From Candidatus Poriferihabitans sp. (GTDB lineage Bacteria; Pseudomonadota; Gammaproteobacteria; Arenicellales; Poriferihabitantaceae), in contig OZ244855.1 in assembly GCA_965220975.1 (NCBI GenBank), forward strand, positions 912,954-976,953: DNA of 64,000 nucleotides, given 5' to 3'. Within the stretch, counting starts at the first letter, position 1; every line of letters starts with the position of its first letter. The translations under genes and the position numbers were made by a program. The notes under the pieces are model-generated. The model ran no database searches and was not told the DNA's origin. It saw only the letters and a list, made by a program, of their open reading frames with translations. Below are positions 10,029-20,120 of this stretch, in pieces.

Positions 10029-10052
10029 GGCAGTGGGTCAGTTTGAAAATCA
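10029..10052 (+). repeat. Solo terminal inverted repeat of the GGYAGTGGCTCRGTTTGAAAATC element family
   Basis: GGCAGTGGGTCAGTTTGAAAATCA matches the TIRs at 30715, 31713(rc), 59522 and 60503(rc). The next about 40 nt (GGGAAAAGGGCGGCCCGC) resemble the terminator-side end of the 59522 cassette. No partner TIR was found. Confidence 0.6.
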
Positions 10053-10194
10053 CCGAGCGAAGCCGGGAAAAGGGCGGCCCGCAGACTGTCCTCCAAGGTG
10101 TCCGGTCGGGAAGCGGTCGGCGGATGCGCACCCCGTTCTCGTACACGTGCCCGTGCGGCTAGTTGTAGTCGGAGGGGAGACTGCGGCCTGCCTA

Positions 10195-10400
10195 TTAGCC
10201 ACAAGTTTTATCTGAACGTAAATTCGGATACAGGTATTCCGGGTCCAGGCGCTTGAACAATGCATAAGCCCGGCCGTAGGCGCCGAGTTCGAGATAGCCG
10301 GTTCAGATCTCCCTGTGTCCGGGCGGCGGGTCGTTTTTCCGAGCCAGATAGCCGCCGAGCATGGCCATGGTCAATACCGTCGGATCCTGACCCAAGGGGC
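10195..10400 (-). pseudogene. C-terminal fragment of an IS4-family (Tn5-like) transposase
   Basis: The translation ...TVLTMAMLGGYLARKNDPPPGHREI*TGYLELGAYGRAYALFK resembles the Tn5-type dimerisation C-terminus (LGGF/YLxRKxDxxPG...W.G). It has an in-frame TGA and no N-terminal part. Confidence 0.5.
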
Positions 10401-10422
10401 CAGGGAACTGCCGGACTTGCCC

Positions 10423-10746
10423 GCCCGCAAAGGGCAACGGGGCAAGCCTCCGAAAACCGATGCGCATGACCTCCACCAGGCATTCCAGAACTTCGAGAAC
10501 GAAATCCTGCGATTTGCTCGTAACCCGTTCTGTCCCTACACCAATAATTCGGCTGAGCGCTTCCACAGGACGAGCAAAGTGAAACAAAAAATGTCCGGAA
10601 CCTTCCGATCCTTCAACATGGCACAAGCCTGTTGTCGAGTCACCAGCTATCTCCAAACCATGAACATGCCCGGATACAATCCTCTCACTGCAATCGAACG
10701 GGTACTCAAAGGAGAAGCAGTCGATATACTCAAGAAAAAATTGTAA
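10423..10746 (+). pseudogene. C-terminal fragment of an IS66-family transposase
   Basis: GKPPKTDAHDL...ILRFARNPFCPYTNNSAERFHRTSKVKQKMSGTFRSFNMAQACCRVTSYLQTMNMPGYNP matches the IS66 C-terminal pattern (PFTNNxAE...KVxQKISGxFRSxxGA...SYLxT). The catalytic upstream part is absent. Confidence 0.6.
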
Positions 10747-10799
10747 GATACTGCAACGTTCCTAATGGAACGAATAAACACCCATTCACTCACTGCTTC

Positions 10800-11125
10800 G
10801 TTTGATGGGGCGAGTAGTTACGGAGATTTCAAACGGGACGCTACCGAAATTCCCCAGCTTCTTTTTAACGGTCGGCGGGGGAAAGGTCTGCAAGGCACCT
10901 GCCGGTAGATCCACTACCGGCCCACCGTCTCCTCGACCAGAAGCTTCAGGCGACCCTCAATCTACTCCGGACCCCAGCCCTGCCCCAACAGGGCACGGAT
11001 GCGACGCCACCACGCATCGGTCAGCTTGCGGGGCACGCCCGACACCTCGTTACGGCGGGTGGCGACCTTCTCCTGGGCCTGCCGGCCGTTTGCAACACCA
11101 CAGACCCCCGGAGTGTTGCACTTCA
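10800..11125 (-). pseudogene. Internal fragment of an IS30-family transposase with in-frame stops
   Basis: PRKLTDAWWRRIRALLGQGWGPE*IEGRLKLLVEETVGR*WIYRQV resembles the IS30 segment ...GWSPEQIAGRL...ETIYRxIY. Two TAG stops lie in frame. Confidence 0.45.
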
Positions 11126-11268
11126 TAGTGGAATGGGGGCAAGAGATCTTAATGAATACGGTATCATGCAAAAATCCAGGTAAACTGCGATCTAACTGTC
11201 ATACAGTTGCTTAAAAATGTGTTAGATTTGCAACGGTTTCATAATTGATACTTATAATTCGAAATACC

Positions 11269-11856
11269 ATGTTCGATTTTCAACAACCCGTCCTCAGGAC
11301 TGATATATCTGGCATGCCGCTTGAATGGATTGATTATAGGCGTGCAGTAACCCTGATAACGCTTGATCAGGTAGCCTATACATGTGGTGATTTTGAGTTG
11401 TCGATTACTGGTGGACGAAATCGAATCACTGGTAAACGCAGTATTGTTGAAATTAACTCGATCATCGCAACTCAAGGACACTTCCGATCAACTTCCAACG
11501 ATGAATTTCTTTATTCACCACCTTTACACAACCTTCCATTATTTCAGAGAGATGGATACCTGTGCTTGTATTGTGGTGATCCGTTTCACTATAATGAACT
11601 ATCACGAGATCATGTTACACCATTTAGTCAAGGTGGTCGGGATGCATGGACAAATGTTGTAACTGCCCGTGTTCGGTGCAATAACTACAAGGCTGGGAGA
11701 ACACCGGAACAGGCCGGCATGAAGTTGCTTGCTATACCGTTTACTCCTACCCGTGCAGAATATATATATTTGCAGGGCAAACGAATTCTTGCCGATCAAA
11801 TGGAATTTTTAAAATCTCATTTTCCGCGAACTAGTCCGTTGCGTGATCGAACGTAA
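11269..11856 (+). CDS. HNH endonuclease family protein
   Basis: CLYCGDPFHYNELSRDHVTPFSQGGRDAWTNVVTARVRCNNYKAGRTPEQ is a CxxC...HxxP...N...CNxxK HNH core. Start chosen at ATG 11269; the track ORF begins at TTG 11245. Confidence 0.8.
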   Translation: MFDFQQPVLRTDISGMPLEWIDYRRAVTLITLDQVAYTCGDFELSITGGRNRITGKRSIVEINSIIATQGHFRSTSNDEFLYSPPLHNLPLFQRDGYLCLYCGDPFHYNELSRDHVTPFSQGGRDAWTNVVTARVRCNNYKAGRTPEQAGMKLLAIPFTPTRAEYIYLQGKRILADQMEFLKSHFPRTSPLRDRT

Positions 11857-11886
11857 TCAAACAATCAAAACAAAGGGGATAATTTC

Positions 11887-12882
11887 ATGACGAAATTTCG
11901 AGCATTCCGAATTCGCAAGGTCGAAAAGGAAATAAAGTCGGGCTTTGAAGAAATCACCATTGATAACTTGACCGAAGGAGAGGTGGTCGTTCAGGTTGAA
12001 TGGACAGGGATCAATTACAAGGATGTGCTTGCGGCAACTGGAAAAGGCGCAATACTCCGTAAATTTCCTCTAAACGGGGGCATTGACTTAAGCGGAACCG
12101 TTACTGAATCTTCAGTGACAGAGTTCAAATCTGGAGACAAGGTATTGGTTTGTGGTTGTGGTTTATCGGAAACGGCAGATGGCGGCTATTCCGAATTTGC
12201 GCGCGTTAAATCCAGTTGTCTTGTTCCATTACCGGATGGCATGACTACTCGGGAGGCCATGGCCATAGGTACTGCCGGGTTCACTGCTGCCATGGCAATT
12301 GTACGAATGCAGGAAAACCGGCAAACGCCCGGGATGGGACCAATTGTCGTTACTGGTGCTACTGGAGGCGTTGGCTGTTTGGCAATTGATATGCTGGCAT
12401 CAAACGGTTATGAAGTAGTGGCTTTCACAGGTAAGTCTGATCAGCAATCTTTCCTGAAGGAATTGGGAGCGAGCGAATTAATTGATCGCCACAAGATTGA
12501 AATGGGTGAAAAGCCGCTTGAGAAAGCAACATGGGGAGGAGCTGTTGATAATGCAGGTGGCAATACTCTGGCTTGGCTTGCTCGAACAACCAGACCATGG
12601 GGCAACATTGCATCAATTGGTCTGGTTGATGATTTTCGATTGAATACCACAGTGATGCCATTTATCTTGCGTGGCGTATCACTTCTCGGAATCAATTCAA
12701 TCGAAATGTCCAACGACTATCGCGCCTTGATTTGGTCACGCATTAGTGAAGATCTGAAACCACGCCATCTCGATAAAATCGTTACTCGGACTATTCGTTT
12801 CGATCAATTGACAGATACCTTTCAGGATTATCTTTCTGGTCATAACATTGGTCGAACTATCGTAAAAATACAGCCCGACTAG
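11887..12882 (+). CDS. acuI: YhdH/AcuI-type NADPH-dependent acrylyl-CoA reductase (MDR superfamily)
   Basis: 331 aa. The N-terminus FRAFRI...GEVVVQVEWTGINYKDVLAATGKG and the GATGGVG nucleotide motif are characteristic of the YhdH/AcuI subgroup. Lies directly upstream of the dddP-like gene. Confidence 0.75.
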   Translation: MTKFRAFRIRKVEKEIKSGFEEITIDNLTEGEVVVQVEWTGINYKDVLAATGKGAILRKFPLNGGIDLSGTVTESSVTEFKSGDKVLVCGCGLSETADGGYSEFARVKSSCLVPLPDGMTTREAMAIGTAGFTAAMAIVRMQENRQTPGMGPIVVTGATGGVGCLAIDMLASNGYEVVAFTGKSDQQSFLKELGASELIDRHKIEMGEKPLEKATWGGAVDNAGGNTLAWLARTTRPWGNIASIGLVDDFRLNTTVMPFILRGVSLLGINSIEMSNDYRALIWSRISEDLKPRHLDKIVTRTIRFDQLTDTFQDYLSGHNIGRTIVKIQPD

Positions 12883-12889
12883 AGCGGCA

Positions 12890-14206
12890 ATGCGCGATTC
12901 TTCTGCAAGCGTTCTGAAAAGGAGTTTCCAGCTCAAGCCCGATCGAACCCCTGATGACAATGATCGAATCGAGATTGGTCCAAGTCCGCTAAGCTATGAG
13001 GAATGGGCAAATTTGGGTCTTGAATGTCCAAACATGCCTGCCCTCCGTGAATATCGCTTATCTCGAGTCCAGGAGCAACTCAAGCTTCATGATTGCGCTG
13101 GCATTTTGCTTTTTGATCCTCTTAACGTTCGATATGCGACTGACAGCACGAACATGGTACTCTGGATTATGCACAACTCGGCAAGAGCATGCTATATCGC
13201 GACCGAAGGGCCAGTTATATTATTCGACTTCCACAATTGCCAGCACTTGAGTAACCATTTGGAACTGGTAGATGAAATTCGTGACATGACATCGTTTTTC
13301 TATTTCGCCGGCGGTGATCGATGTGAAGAAAAGGCCGGACTATTTGCAGCAGAAATAGATGATCTGTTAGGTCAGCATGGAGGCGGAAATAAACGAGTAG
13401 CAATCGATAGAATTGAGATCGTTGGCCTACGTGCAATCGAGAAACAAGGCATTGAAGTACTCGATTACGGCATGGAAATGATGGAGACAGCCCGAGAAAT
13501 CAAGAGCGGAAATGAGCTGAAAGCCATGCGTTGCGCAGTTGCTTCCTGTGAGGCATCGGTTAAGGAACTTGAACAAGCTCTAATTCCGGGAATCAGTGAA
13601 AACGAATTGTGGGCCTATTTGCATTTTGGGAATATTCGTCGAGGCGGGGAATGGATTGAAACGCGTATACTGTCGTCTGGACCCAGGACCAACCCGTGGA
13701 TGGCCGAATGTGGACCGCGGATCATTCAGGATGGTGATCTGGTCGGACTCGACACGGATCTGGTCGGAGTCTACGGATATTGCGTTGATATGTCTCGAAC
13801 TTGGTTGGCTGGTGATAAAAGGGCAACCAGAAAACAACGCGAACTTTACGCCATGGCTTATGAGCACATCATGGAGAATATGGAACGGTTACGCCCCGGT
13901 CTAAGCTTTCATGATTTGTCGTTCGGTGGGCATCAGCTACCGGAGAAGTATCGAAAAGAACAGTATTCCGTCAGGTATCATGGGGTTGGCTTGTGTGATG
14001 AGTATCCGATAATCCCTTATCCAGATCATTGGGCAAAATCGGGATACGATGGTATCTTGAAGCCGGGGATGTGTCTATGTGTTGAGGCTTATATTGGTGA
14101 GCATGGCGGTCATGAGGGAGTAAAGCTCGAGGAACAAGTCGTGATAACGGAGAATGGGTACGAACAATTGACAACCTATCCACATGATTCAAAATTTGCA
14201 CCTTGA
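12890..14206 (+). CDS. dddP: M24-fold DMSP lyase DddP-like protein
   Basis: 438 aa creatinase/prolidase-fold protein. Strings IEIGPSPLSYEEW, FDPLNVRYATDSTNM, RRGGEWIETR, SGPRTNPW, DTDLVG and HGVGLCDEYP match what I recall of DddP sequences along the whole length. Confidence 0.7.
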   Translation: MRDSSASVLKRSFQLKPDRTPDDNDRIEIGPSPLSYEEWANLGLECPNMPALREYRLSRVQEQLKLHDCAGILLFDPLNVRYATDSTNMVLWIMHNSARACYIATEGPVILFDFHNCQHLSNHLELVDEIRDMTSFFYFAGGDRCEEKAGLFAAEIDDLLGQHGGGNKRVAIDRIEIVGLRAIEKQGIEVLDYGMEMMETAREIKSGNELKAMRCAVASCEASVKELEQALIPGISENELWAYLHFGNIRRGGEWIETRILSSGPRTNPWMAECGPRIIQDGDLVGLDTDLVGVYGYCVDMSRTWLAGDKRATRKQRELYAMAYEHIMENMERLRPGLSFHDLSFGGHQLPEKYRKEQYSVRYHGVGLCDEYPIIPYPDHWAKSGYDGILKPGMCLCVEAYIGEHGGHEGVKLEEQVVITENGYEQLTTYPHDSKFAP

Positions 14207-14259
14207 AAATAGGTAGCGATAAGCAGACCTGTACGGACTCGTAGCTGTTCGAAATGAAA

Positions 14260-15705
14260 TTAAAACCCAGCGCGCCTCCACTCATGATATTTTTGCAGGA
14301 ATTTTAGCGCCCATTCTGGGGCATGCGCCTTTTTCCAATTGCCTGCCGCAAATTTATTCGCTTCCATCCAGGTTGGATAGGAATGAATGGTTCCGAGTAT
14401 CTTGTTCAGACCTAAACCGTGCCGCATGGCTAAAACAAATTCTGCGATCAGATCCCCTGCGTGTTTACTAATAATCGTTACTCCAAGAATTCGGTCTTTG
14501 TTGGGTACTGTGAGCACTTTTATCCAGCCCTCTGCATGACCATCAGCCTTGGCGCGATCAAGCTCGGCCAAGGAGTATGTTGTCACCTCATAAGGGATAT
14601 GTTTTTCGTTAGCTTCCAGCTCATTCAAGCCAACTCGAGCAACTTCAGGATCAGTATATGTAGCCCAGGGTAATACGCTGTAATCGGCTTTGAATTTCTT
14701 GAATGGACTGAACAAGGCGTTCACTGAAGCATACCAGGCTTGATGAGCGGCGGCATGCGTAAACTGATAAGGGCCTGTTACGTCTCCAACTGCGTAGATA
14801 TTGCTGTAACCAGCCTGTAGATACTCGTTGACCTCTACTCTGCGTTGTGGAGTGATTGGGATTTTCATCTGATTCAAACCATACCCGTCAATACGTGCGG
14901 CTCGACCGAGCGCTAACAGCAACGTATCAAATTCGATTTCTTCAGCTTTGCCGGGCCCTTCACAGATCAGAAATTTCGAACCTTCACGGTTGGTTGCTTT
15001 AACCGCCTTATGAGATGTTAGAACTCGAATGCCTTCGGTCGCAAATCTTTTCAAAATATGATTCGAGAATTCAGGATCTTCACGAATCAGGATTCGATTG
15101 ACCATTTCAACCAGGGTTACTTGACTGCCAAATCGAGCAAAACACTGTGCCAGTTCACACCCAATGGGACCACCGCCCAAAACCACCATTTTCTTTGGCA
15201 ATTCCGTGATATTCCAGAGTGTGTCCGAGGTGAAGTAACCGGTTTCATCAAGTCCTTCAATTGGCGGAACCAGTGGCTCTGCACCTGCTGCGATAACGAT
15301 CGCCTTGGCAGTCAAAGTAGCACCGTTCACTTGAACCTTGTTTCGAGAGAGGATAGTTGCCTCGCCTTTGATAACATCAACTCCCAACGATGTATAACGT
15401 TCTACGGAATCATGCGGCCGAATTGAATCAATGATCGAATGAACACGTTTCATGATGTCCGCAAAATCGAATTCACACTCGGCTTTGCGAATTCCAAAAT
15501 TCTCCGAATGTTTGATGTCGTGGATGTACTTTGCCGAGGCAATTAATGACTTTGACGGCACGCATCCGGTGTTCAGGCAGTCTCCACCCATTTCACCTTT
15601 TTCGATCAGGAAAACTTTTGCCTTGATGGCCGCGGCAATATAAGCTGTTACCAGTCCTCCACTGCCGGCGCCAATAACAATCAAATTCGCATCATGCTTC
15701 TTCAT
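14260..15705 (-). CDS. Class I pyridine nucleotide-disulfide FAD oxidoreductase (dihydrolipoamide dehydrogenase/mercuric reductase-like)
   Basis: GAGSGG FAD motif, redox-active CLNTGCVPSK, a second GGGPIGCE Rossmann motif and a C-terminal dimerisation domain (HSYPTWMEA). Confidence 0.85.
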   Translation of the reverse strand: MKKHDANLIVIGAGSGGLVTAYIAAAIKAKVFLIEKGEMGGDCLNTGCVPSKSLIASAKYIHDIKHSENFGIRKAECEFDFADIMKRVHSIIDSIRPHDSVERYTSLGVDVIKGEATILSRNKVQVNGATLTAKAIVIAAGAEPLVPPIEGLDETGYFTSDTLWNITELPKKMVVLGGGPIGCELAQCFARFGSQVTLVEMVNRILIREDPEFSNHILKRFATEGIRVLTSHKAVKATNREGSKFLICEGPGKAEEIEFDTLLLALGRAARIDGYGLNQMKIPITPQRRVEVNEYLQAGYSNIYAVGDVTGPYQFTHAAAHQAWYASVNALFSPFKKFKADYSVLPWATYTDPEVARVGLNELEANEKHIPYEVTTYSLAELDRAKADGHAEGWIKVLTVPNKDRILGVTIISKHAGDLIAEFVLAMRHGLGLNKILGTIHSYPTWMEANKFAAGNWKKAHAPEWALKFLQKYHEWRRAGF

Positions 15706-16387
15706 TTCCTACCCACCTCTTTCGAATCGCCTTCAAAGCAAATTTTGCAATATAGGGAAATACTGCCAATAGTACGAACGACGCAATCAGTGTTGGTGAC
15801 AACAGGCCTTGAACCGAATCCAGTTTTGCAAGTTGGGTGCCAGCATTGACAAATACCATGGTACCTGGTGCCATGCCAATCAGGGATGCTATGAAAAACA
15901 CGGTAGTACGAATGGAAGTTAATCCCATCAACAAATTGATCGCGAAAAAAGGGATAACCGGCACGAGACGCATCGAAAACAGGTACAATGCACCTTCTTT
16001 CTTGAAGCTTTCCCTGATTTTTGCAACACGTTCTCCCATTTTGTTGGCGACCAGATCTTCGAACAGATAACGTGCTACCAGAAATGCAATTGTCGCTCCA
16101 ATGGTTGCGGATACTAAAACGACTGCGCTGCCCACCGCAAACCCAAATATGGCCCCACCTAGTAGCGTCAACACCAGTGCGCCGGGTATTGAGGCCGCCG
16201 TACAAGAAATGTAGATACCTGCATAGATCAAGATGGTCAGCAATGGATTTGCTTCCCGATACTCAACCAGCGTATCTAGTTGGGACTTGATAAATTCAAG
16301 ATTCAGGTATTTCTCAGGGCCTACATAAATCAGAAGACCGGCTAGAACAAGAATAAAGACGATCAGGATTATTTTGCCTTTTGTCAT
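15692..16387 (-). CDS. TVP38/TMEM64 (DedA-related) family membrane protein
   Basis: 231 aa polytopic membrane protein. Its 3' end overlaps the start of the oxidoreductase by 14 nt. In many bacteria these two genes occur as a single fusion. Confidence 0.75.
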   Translation of the reverse strand: MTKGKIILIVFILVLAGLLIYVGPEKYLNLEFIKSQLDTLVEYREANPLLTILIYAGIYISCTAASIPGALVLTLLGGAIFGFAVGSAVVLVSATIGATIAFLVARYLFEDLVANKMGERVAKIRESFKKEGALYLFSMRLVPVIPFFAINLLMGLTSIRTTVFFIASLIGMAPGTMVFVNAGTQLAKLDSVQGLLSPTLIASFVLLAVFPYIAKFALKAIRKRWVGNEEA

Positions 16388-16419
16388 GAATACATCCGCG
16401 TATATTTGTATGTTAAGTG

Positions 16420-17673
16420 TTACAGATTGTTGATTTTATCAATGAGTGCGTCAGCAAATTGACTGGTTGACAGCGTGGTAGCGTTTTCCATCAATCGAGC
16501 AAAATCATAGGTCACTGTGCGATCGCTCATGACTTGAGGGAAAGCTTTGTTGATCAAATCGGCGGCTTCAGTCCAGCCAATGTATTGCAGCATCATTACG
16601 CCTGAAAACATCAGGGACGAGGGATTTACTTTGTCCTGATTTGCATATTTTGGCGCTGTACCGTGGGTCGCTTCGAATACCGCTACATGGTCTGCCATAT
16701 TTGCTCCTGGTGCAATTCCAATGCCACCAACTTCAGCTGCCAGCGCATCTGACAAATAATCACCATTCAGATTCATGGTTGCCAGTACATCAAACTCCCC
16801 CGGGCGCAGTTGTAACAACTGGAACATGATATCGGCAATTCGGTCATTGACTAGAATCTTGTTGTCTGGCATCACTCCACCATGGTCATCCCACAGCTCC
16901 TGCTCAGTGATGACTTGATCTCGGAATTCATCTTTGGCAAGTTCGTACCCCCACCTCATGAAAGCGCCCTCCGTGAATTTCATGATGTTTCCCTTGTGAA
17001 CCAGCGTAACACTTTTTCGATGATTGTCGATGGCGTACTGGATAGCCTTGCGAACAAGTCGGCGAGTACCATGAGGGCTAATCGGTTTTATTGCAAGACC
17101 CGCATCTGAAAAAAAATCGACTCCCATTTCGTCCCTCAGAAAACCCGCAAGCTTCTCATTTGCTTCAGTACCGCTCTCAAATTCAATGCCGGAATAAACA
17201 TCTTCGGTATTTTCCCGAAAAATCACCACATCAACTTCTTCGGGTTTCTTTAGCGGCGAAGGCACGCCCGTATAGTATTTCACTGGTCTTACACAGGCAT
17301 ACAGGTCCATCTCCTGACGCAAGGAGACATTTAGTGAGCGGAAACCCCCGCCAACGGGGGTAGTCAACGGGCCTTTGATCGATACGATGAGTTCCCGGAT
17401 TGCATTAAGTGTTTCTAGCGGAAAAAAATCACCACTATAAATTCCAGCAGCCTTCTCTCCCATATACAGTTCGCACCAATGTACCCGTCGCTTTCCTTGA
17501 TATGCTTTTTCGATGGCCGCATCCCATACCCGTAGCGATGCACTTGTAATGTCAGCTCCGATGCCATCTCCCTCGATATATCCTAAAATTGGGTTATTGG
17601 GCACATTTAATCTATTGTCTTCAATAGAGATTTTCCTTCCGTTTTCGGGGATTTGTATTTGCTGGTACGCCAT
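16420..17673 (-). CDS. icd: NADP-dependent isocitrate dehydrogenase
   Basis: 417 aa with [29 protein letters not shown] and [13 protein letters not shown] motifs. Confidence 0.95.
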   Translation of the reverse strand: MAYQQIQIPENGRKISIEDNRLNVPNNPILGYIEGDGIGADITSASLRVWDAAIEKAYQGKRRVHWCELYMGEKAAGIYSGDFFPLETLNAIRELIVSIKGPLTTPVGGGFRSLNVSLRQEMDLYACVRPVKYYTGVPSPLKKPEEVDVVIFRENTEDVYSGIEFESGTEANEKLAGFLRDEMGVDFFSDAGLAIKPISPHGTRRLVRKAIQYAIDNHRKSVTLVHKGNIMKFTEGAFMRWGYELAKDEFRDQVITEQELWDDHGGVMPDNKILVNDRIADIMFQLLQLRPGEFDVLATMNLNGDYLSDALAAEVGGIGIAPGANMADHVAVFEATHGTAPKYANQDKVNPSSLMFSGVMMLQYIGWTEAADLINKAFPQVMSDRTVTYDFARLMENATTLSTSQFADALIDKINNL

Positions 17674-18419
17674 GATTGAATAATAATTTTTTATCAGAGA
17701 ATAATTTTTTTGATTTTATCATCCTATGGCTAACATGGTTGAAAAATAACTAGTGAATACCAAGTAAATTCGTTTTGGTTCTTTTGATCGTAAATGGCCA
17801 TCCTAGACTTGTTCTGTCAAATTTCCGTGATCACATGATCTCAAGCATTATTCATGATCCACTCACTTTGTAAAATCAAGTTCAGAAATAACATTTCCAA
17901 TCGAATTGCCAGTGATGTTTTGCAATGCGAAACAGCTCGCAAAACCTTGTGAGGACAGATGGTTTAAAGTGCGCGTTACAGTACGAGGAATGTTCAGTCT
18001 CAAAATTGATCCGCTAAGGAAGGCTTGAGCATGCCTTAACCAAAAATTGGGCTATCGCCATCTTATCTGGTCATGAGCGGTTGCAAGAAATGTCCGGTCA
18101 TTTGATGAACCGAGACCGGTATGGCCGAGGTAAGCGCTCGGAAAACCAACGCGTTTCGAACGGTTATTGTTGAATGTTTCAAATTCGACACTTTGCCGGG
18201 ACCGATGCATTTCAACAGCGGCAAGAAACCAGAAAGGCATGCCAATTTCGTCAAGCTCTAGAACGGTCTGCTTTATCGTTGCAGTTTCACCAACTTTTTT
18301 TTTCGATTATGTCGGGGCATGACCAACGCAAATTTGATTGAGGCGTTTTGAGATAAGGATTCGTTCTTGTTGGTCTTTCGTTGCCCGTGTTTCTCCCACC
18401 TGGTGCATGGACTTTCGGT

Positions 18420-19658
18420 TCAGCGTAGAACCTGTTGAAGAGCACTGATTATTTTCTGCATTTCTTTCTGACTGTTGTAGTGGACAAGTGAGACTCTCAC
18501 AAAGCCATCTTCAGGATTAACCCCAAGGCCCTCAACCAGATGGTAGGCGTAAAAGTTTCCTGATTCACAACCAATACCGCGCTGTTGAAGCTCTGCGCAA
18601 ATCTCCGATGCAGATCGCCGTTGGTGTCGGAAGGCCACGGTAGAGACGCGGTCACCAGCTTCTATGTTCTGCTTGCCCAAAACCCGAACCTCCGGAAACT
18701 CAGACAAACAGTTGAGAATTGCCTTAGTAAGCTGATTCTCATGTGCATGGGTAAGTTGATACAAATCATCGAGTTTACCCCGCAGATTTCGACTGGATGA
18801 TCCAAAATGGTGCTCGTGCAAGGTAGAAAAATAATCGAGAACACCAGCAGATGCCGCTACTTCAGCATGTAAGGGGCCAGCCGGATTAAAGTGTTTTGAG
18901 ATGGTGCCAACATTAAAATCATGGCATTGAGCCTCCATGGCTTCAGCAGCCCGCAGGTCAAGATACATCACGCCTTGATGTGGTCCAAATACCTTGTAGA
19001 GACTGAATGCATATCCATCAACCCCTAAACTTTTCGGGGCCTGAATATGGTGAGGTGCATATGAGACCGCATCAACAAAGACACGAGCATCCGAGAAATT
19101 CTTGATCATTTGCACGTATGACTGAACAGGATTAACCGTCCCTACTAGATTTGAGCAATGTGTAAGGAATACCCACCGAGTTTTATCAGTGAGCAGATTC
19201 TCTAGAGATGTTTTTTCAAGCAGGCCTAGTTCAGGTTCCACATCCCAGTGTTTTACCTCTATGCCCCTTTGTCGTGCCATGCGCAACCAGACTCCTCGAT
19301 TTGATTCGTGATCCTGATTCGTAACAATGATTTCATCACCTGACTGCAATGTAGCACCAATCGCCTGTGCGAGTACATAAGTGTTCATCGAAGTTGAAGG
19401 GCCGAATGTCAATTCGTCGTGCGTGATTTCAAGCGCCTCCACCCAAAGTGAGCGTGCACGATCCATTGCCTCCCCTGCTTCATTCGACGGAGAATAACCG
19501 GAATAGGGTTGAACACGCAAGTGACGATTGTAGTTTTCGAAGACTTGATGGACTTGTTTGGCTATATAACTTCCCCCTGCATTGGCGCAAAAGACAAGAT
19601 CGGGATTGTCTGTTAATTGCGGAAACTGGCATCTTGCGAAATTGCTATCAAAATCCAT
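18420..19658 (-). CDS. Class V aminotransferase / cysteine desulfurase-like PLP enzyme
   Basis: 412 aa. Fold-type I pattern with SLYKVFGPHQG (PLP-lysine region) and an overall SufS/CsdA-like layout. The specific function is not assignable. Confidence 0.7.
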   Translation of the reverse strand: MDFDSNFARCQFPQLTDNPDLVFCANAGGSYIAKQVHQVFENYNRHLRVQPYSGYSPSNEAGEAMDRARSLWVEALEITHDELTFGPSTSMNTYVLAQAIGATLQSGDEIIVTNQDHESNRGVWLRMARQRGIEVKHWDVEPELGLLEKTSLENLLTDKTRWVFLTHCSNLVGTVNPVQSYVQMIKNFSDARVFVDAVSYAPHHIQAPKSLGVDGYAFSLYKVFGPHQGVMYLDLRAAEAMEAQCHDFNVGTISKHFNPAGPLHAEVAASAGVLDYFSTLHEHHFGSSSRNLRGKLDDLYQLTHAHENQLTKAILNCLSEFPEVRVLGKQNIEAGDRVSTVAFRHQRRSASEICAELQQRGIGCESGNFYAYHLVEGLGVNPEDGFVRVSLVHYNSQKEMQKIISALQQVLR

Positions 19659-20120
19659 GGATGATCCTCAAATGATATATGTATGTTATGAAATGACAAG
19701 TGCGACAGTATAGAATTTTCTGATCAGCTCGTTTCCCAAAAAAACTGTAACGAACGACGGATTGCTCGATTGAACAGTTCCGGTGCAGGCCGATATCCAG
19801 ATTTCGAGACTGCGGCTCATTGCCATCAAGCAACTTATTCCGACACGACGCGGACCGGGGAGGAAGTAAGCCAACCCTACTCAATGGGAATTATAGTTAA
19901 ATGACATGTCTTTTTATGACTCAATAGTAGAGCTAAACGGCAACGCCCTCCACTTGCGGATTCCCCAATCTCGTAGACCATTCAATGGCGGGCCTGCTTG
20001 CGATAGTGACAACTGACATGATTCGCATGGGTGTAACGATCTCTTGAAATTTTTACAGATTGCCCTAATAATAGATGCAGGCCTCAATCCTTTTAGCAAA
20101 TTTCACGTCCGGCTTCCTGC

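Larger units (their letters stand above)
9945..11150. mobile_element. GC-rich mosaic of at least four unrelated IS fragments (IS graveyard)
   Basis: Composition shifts abruptly relative to pgpA and the HNH gene. Contains a solo TIR plus three transposase fragments of different families, listed separately. No intact transposase ORF is present. Confidence 0.7.
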
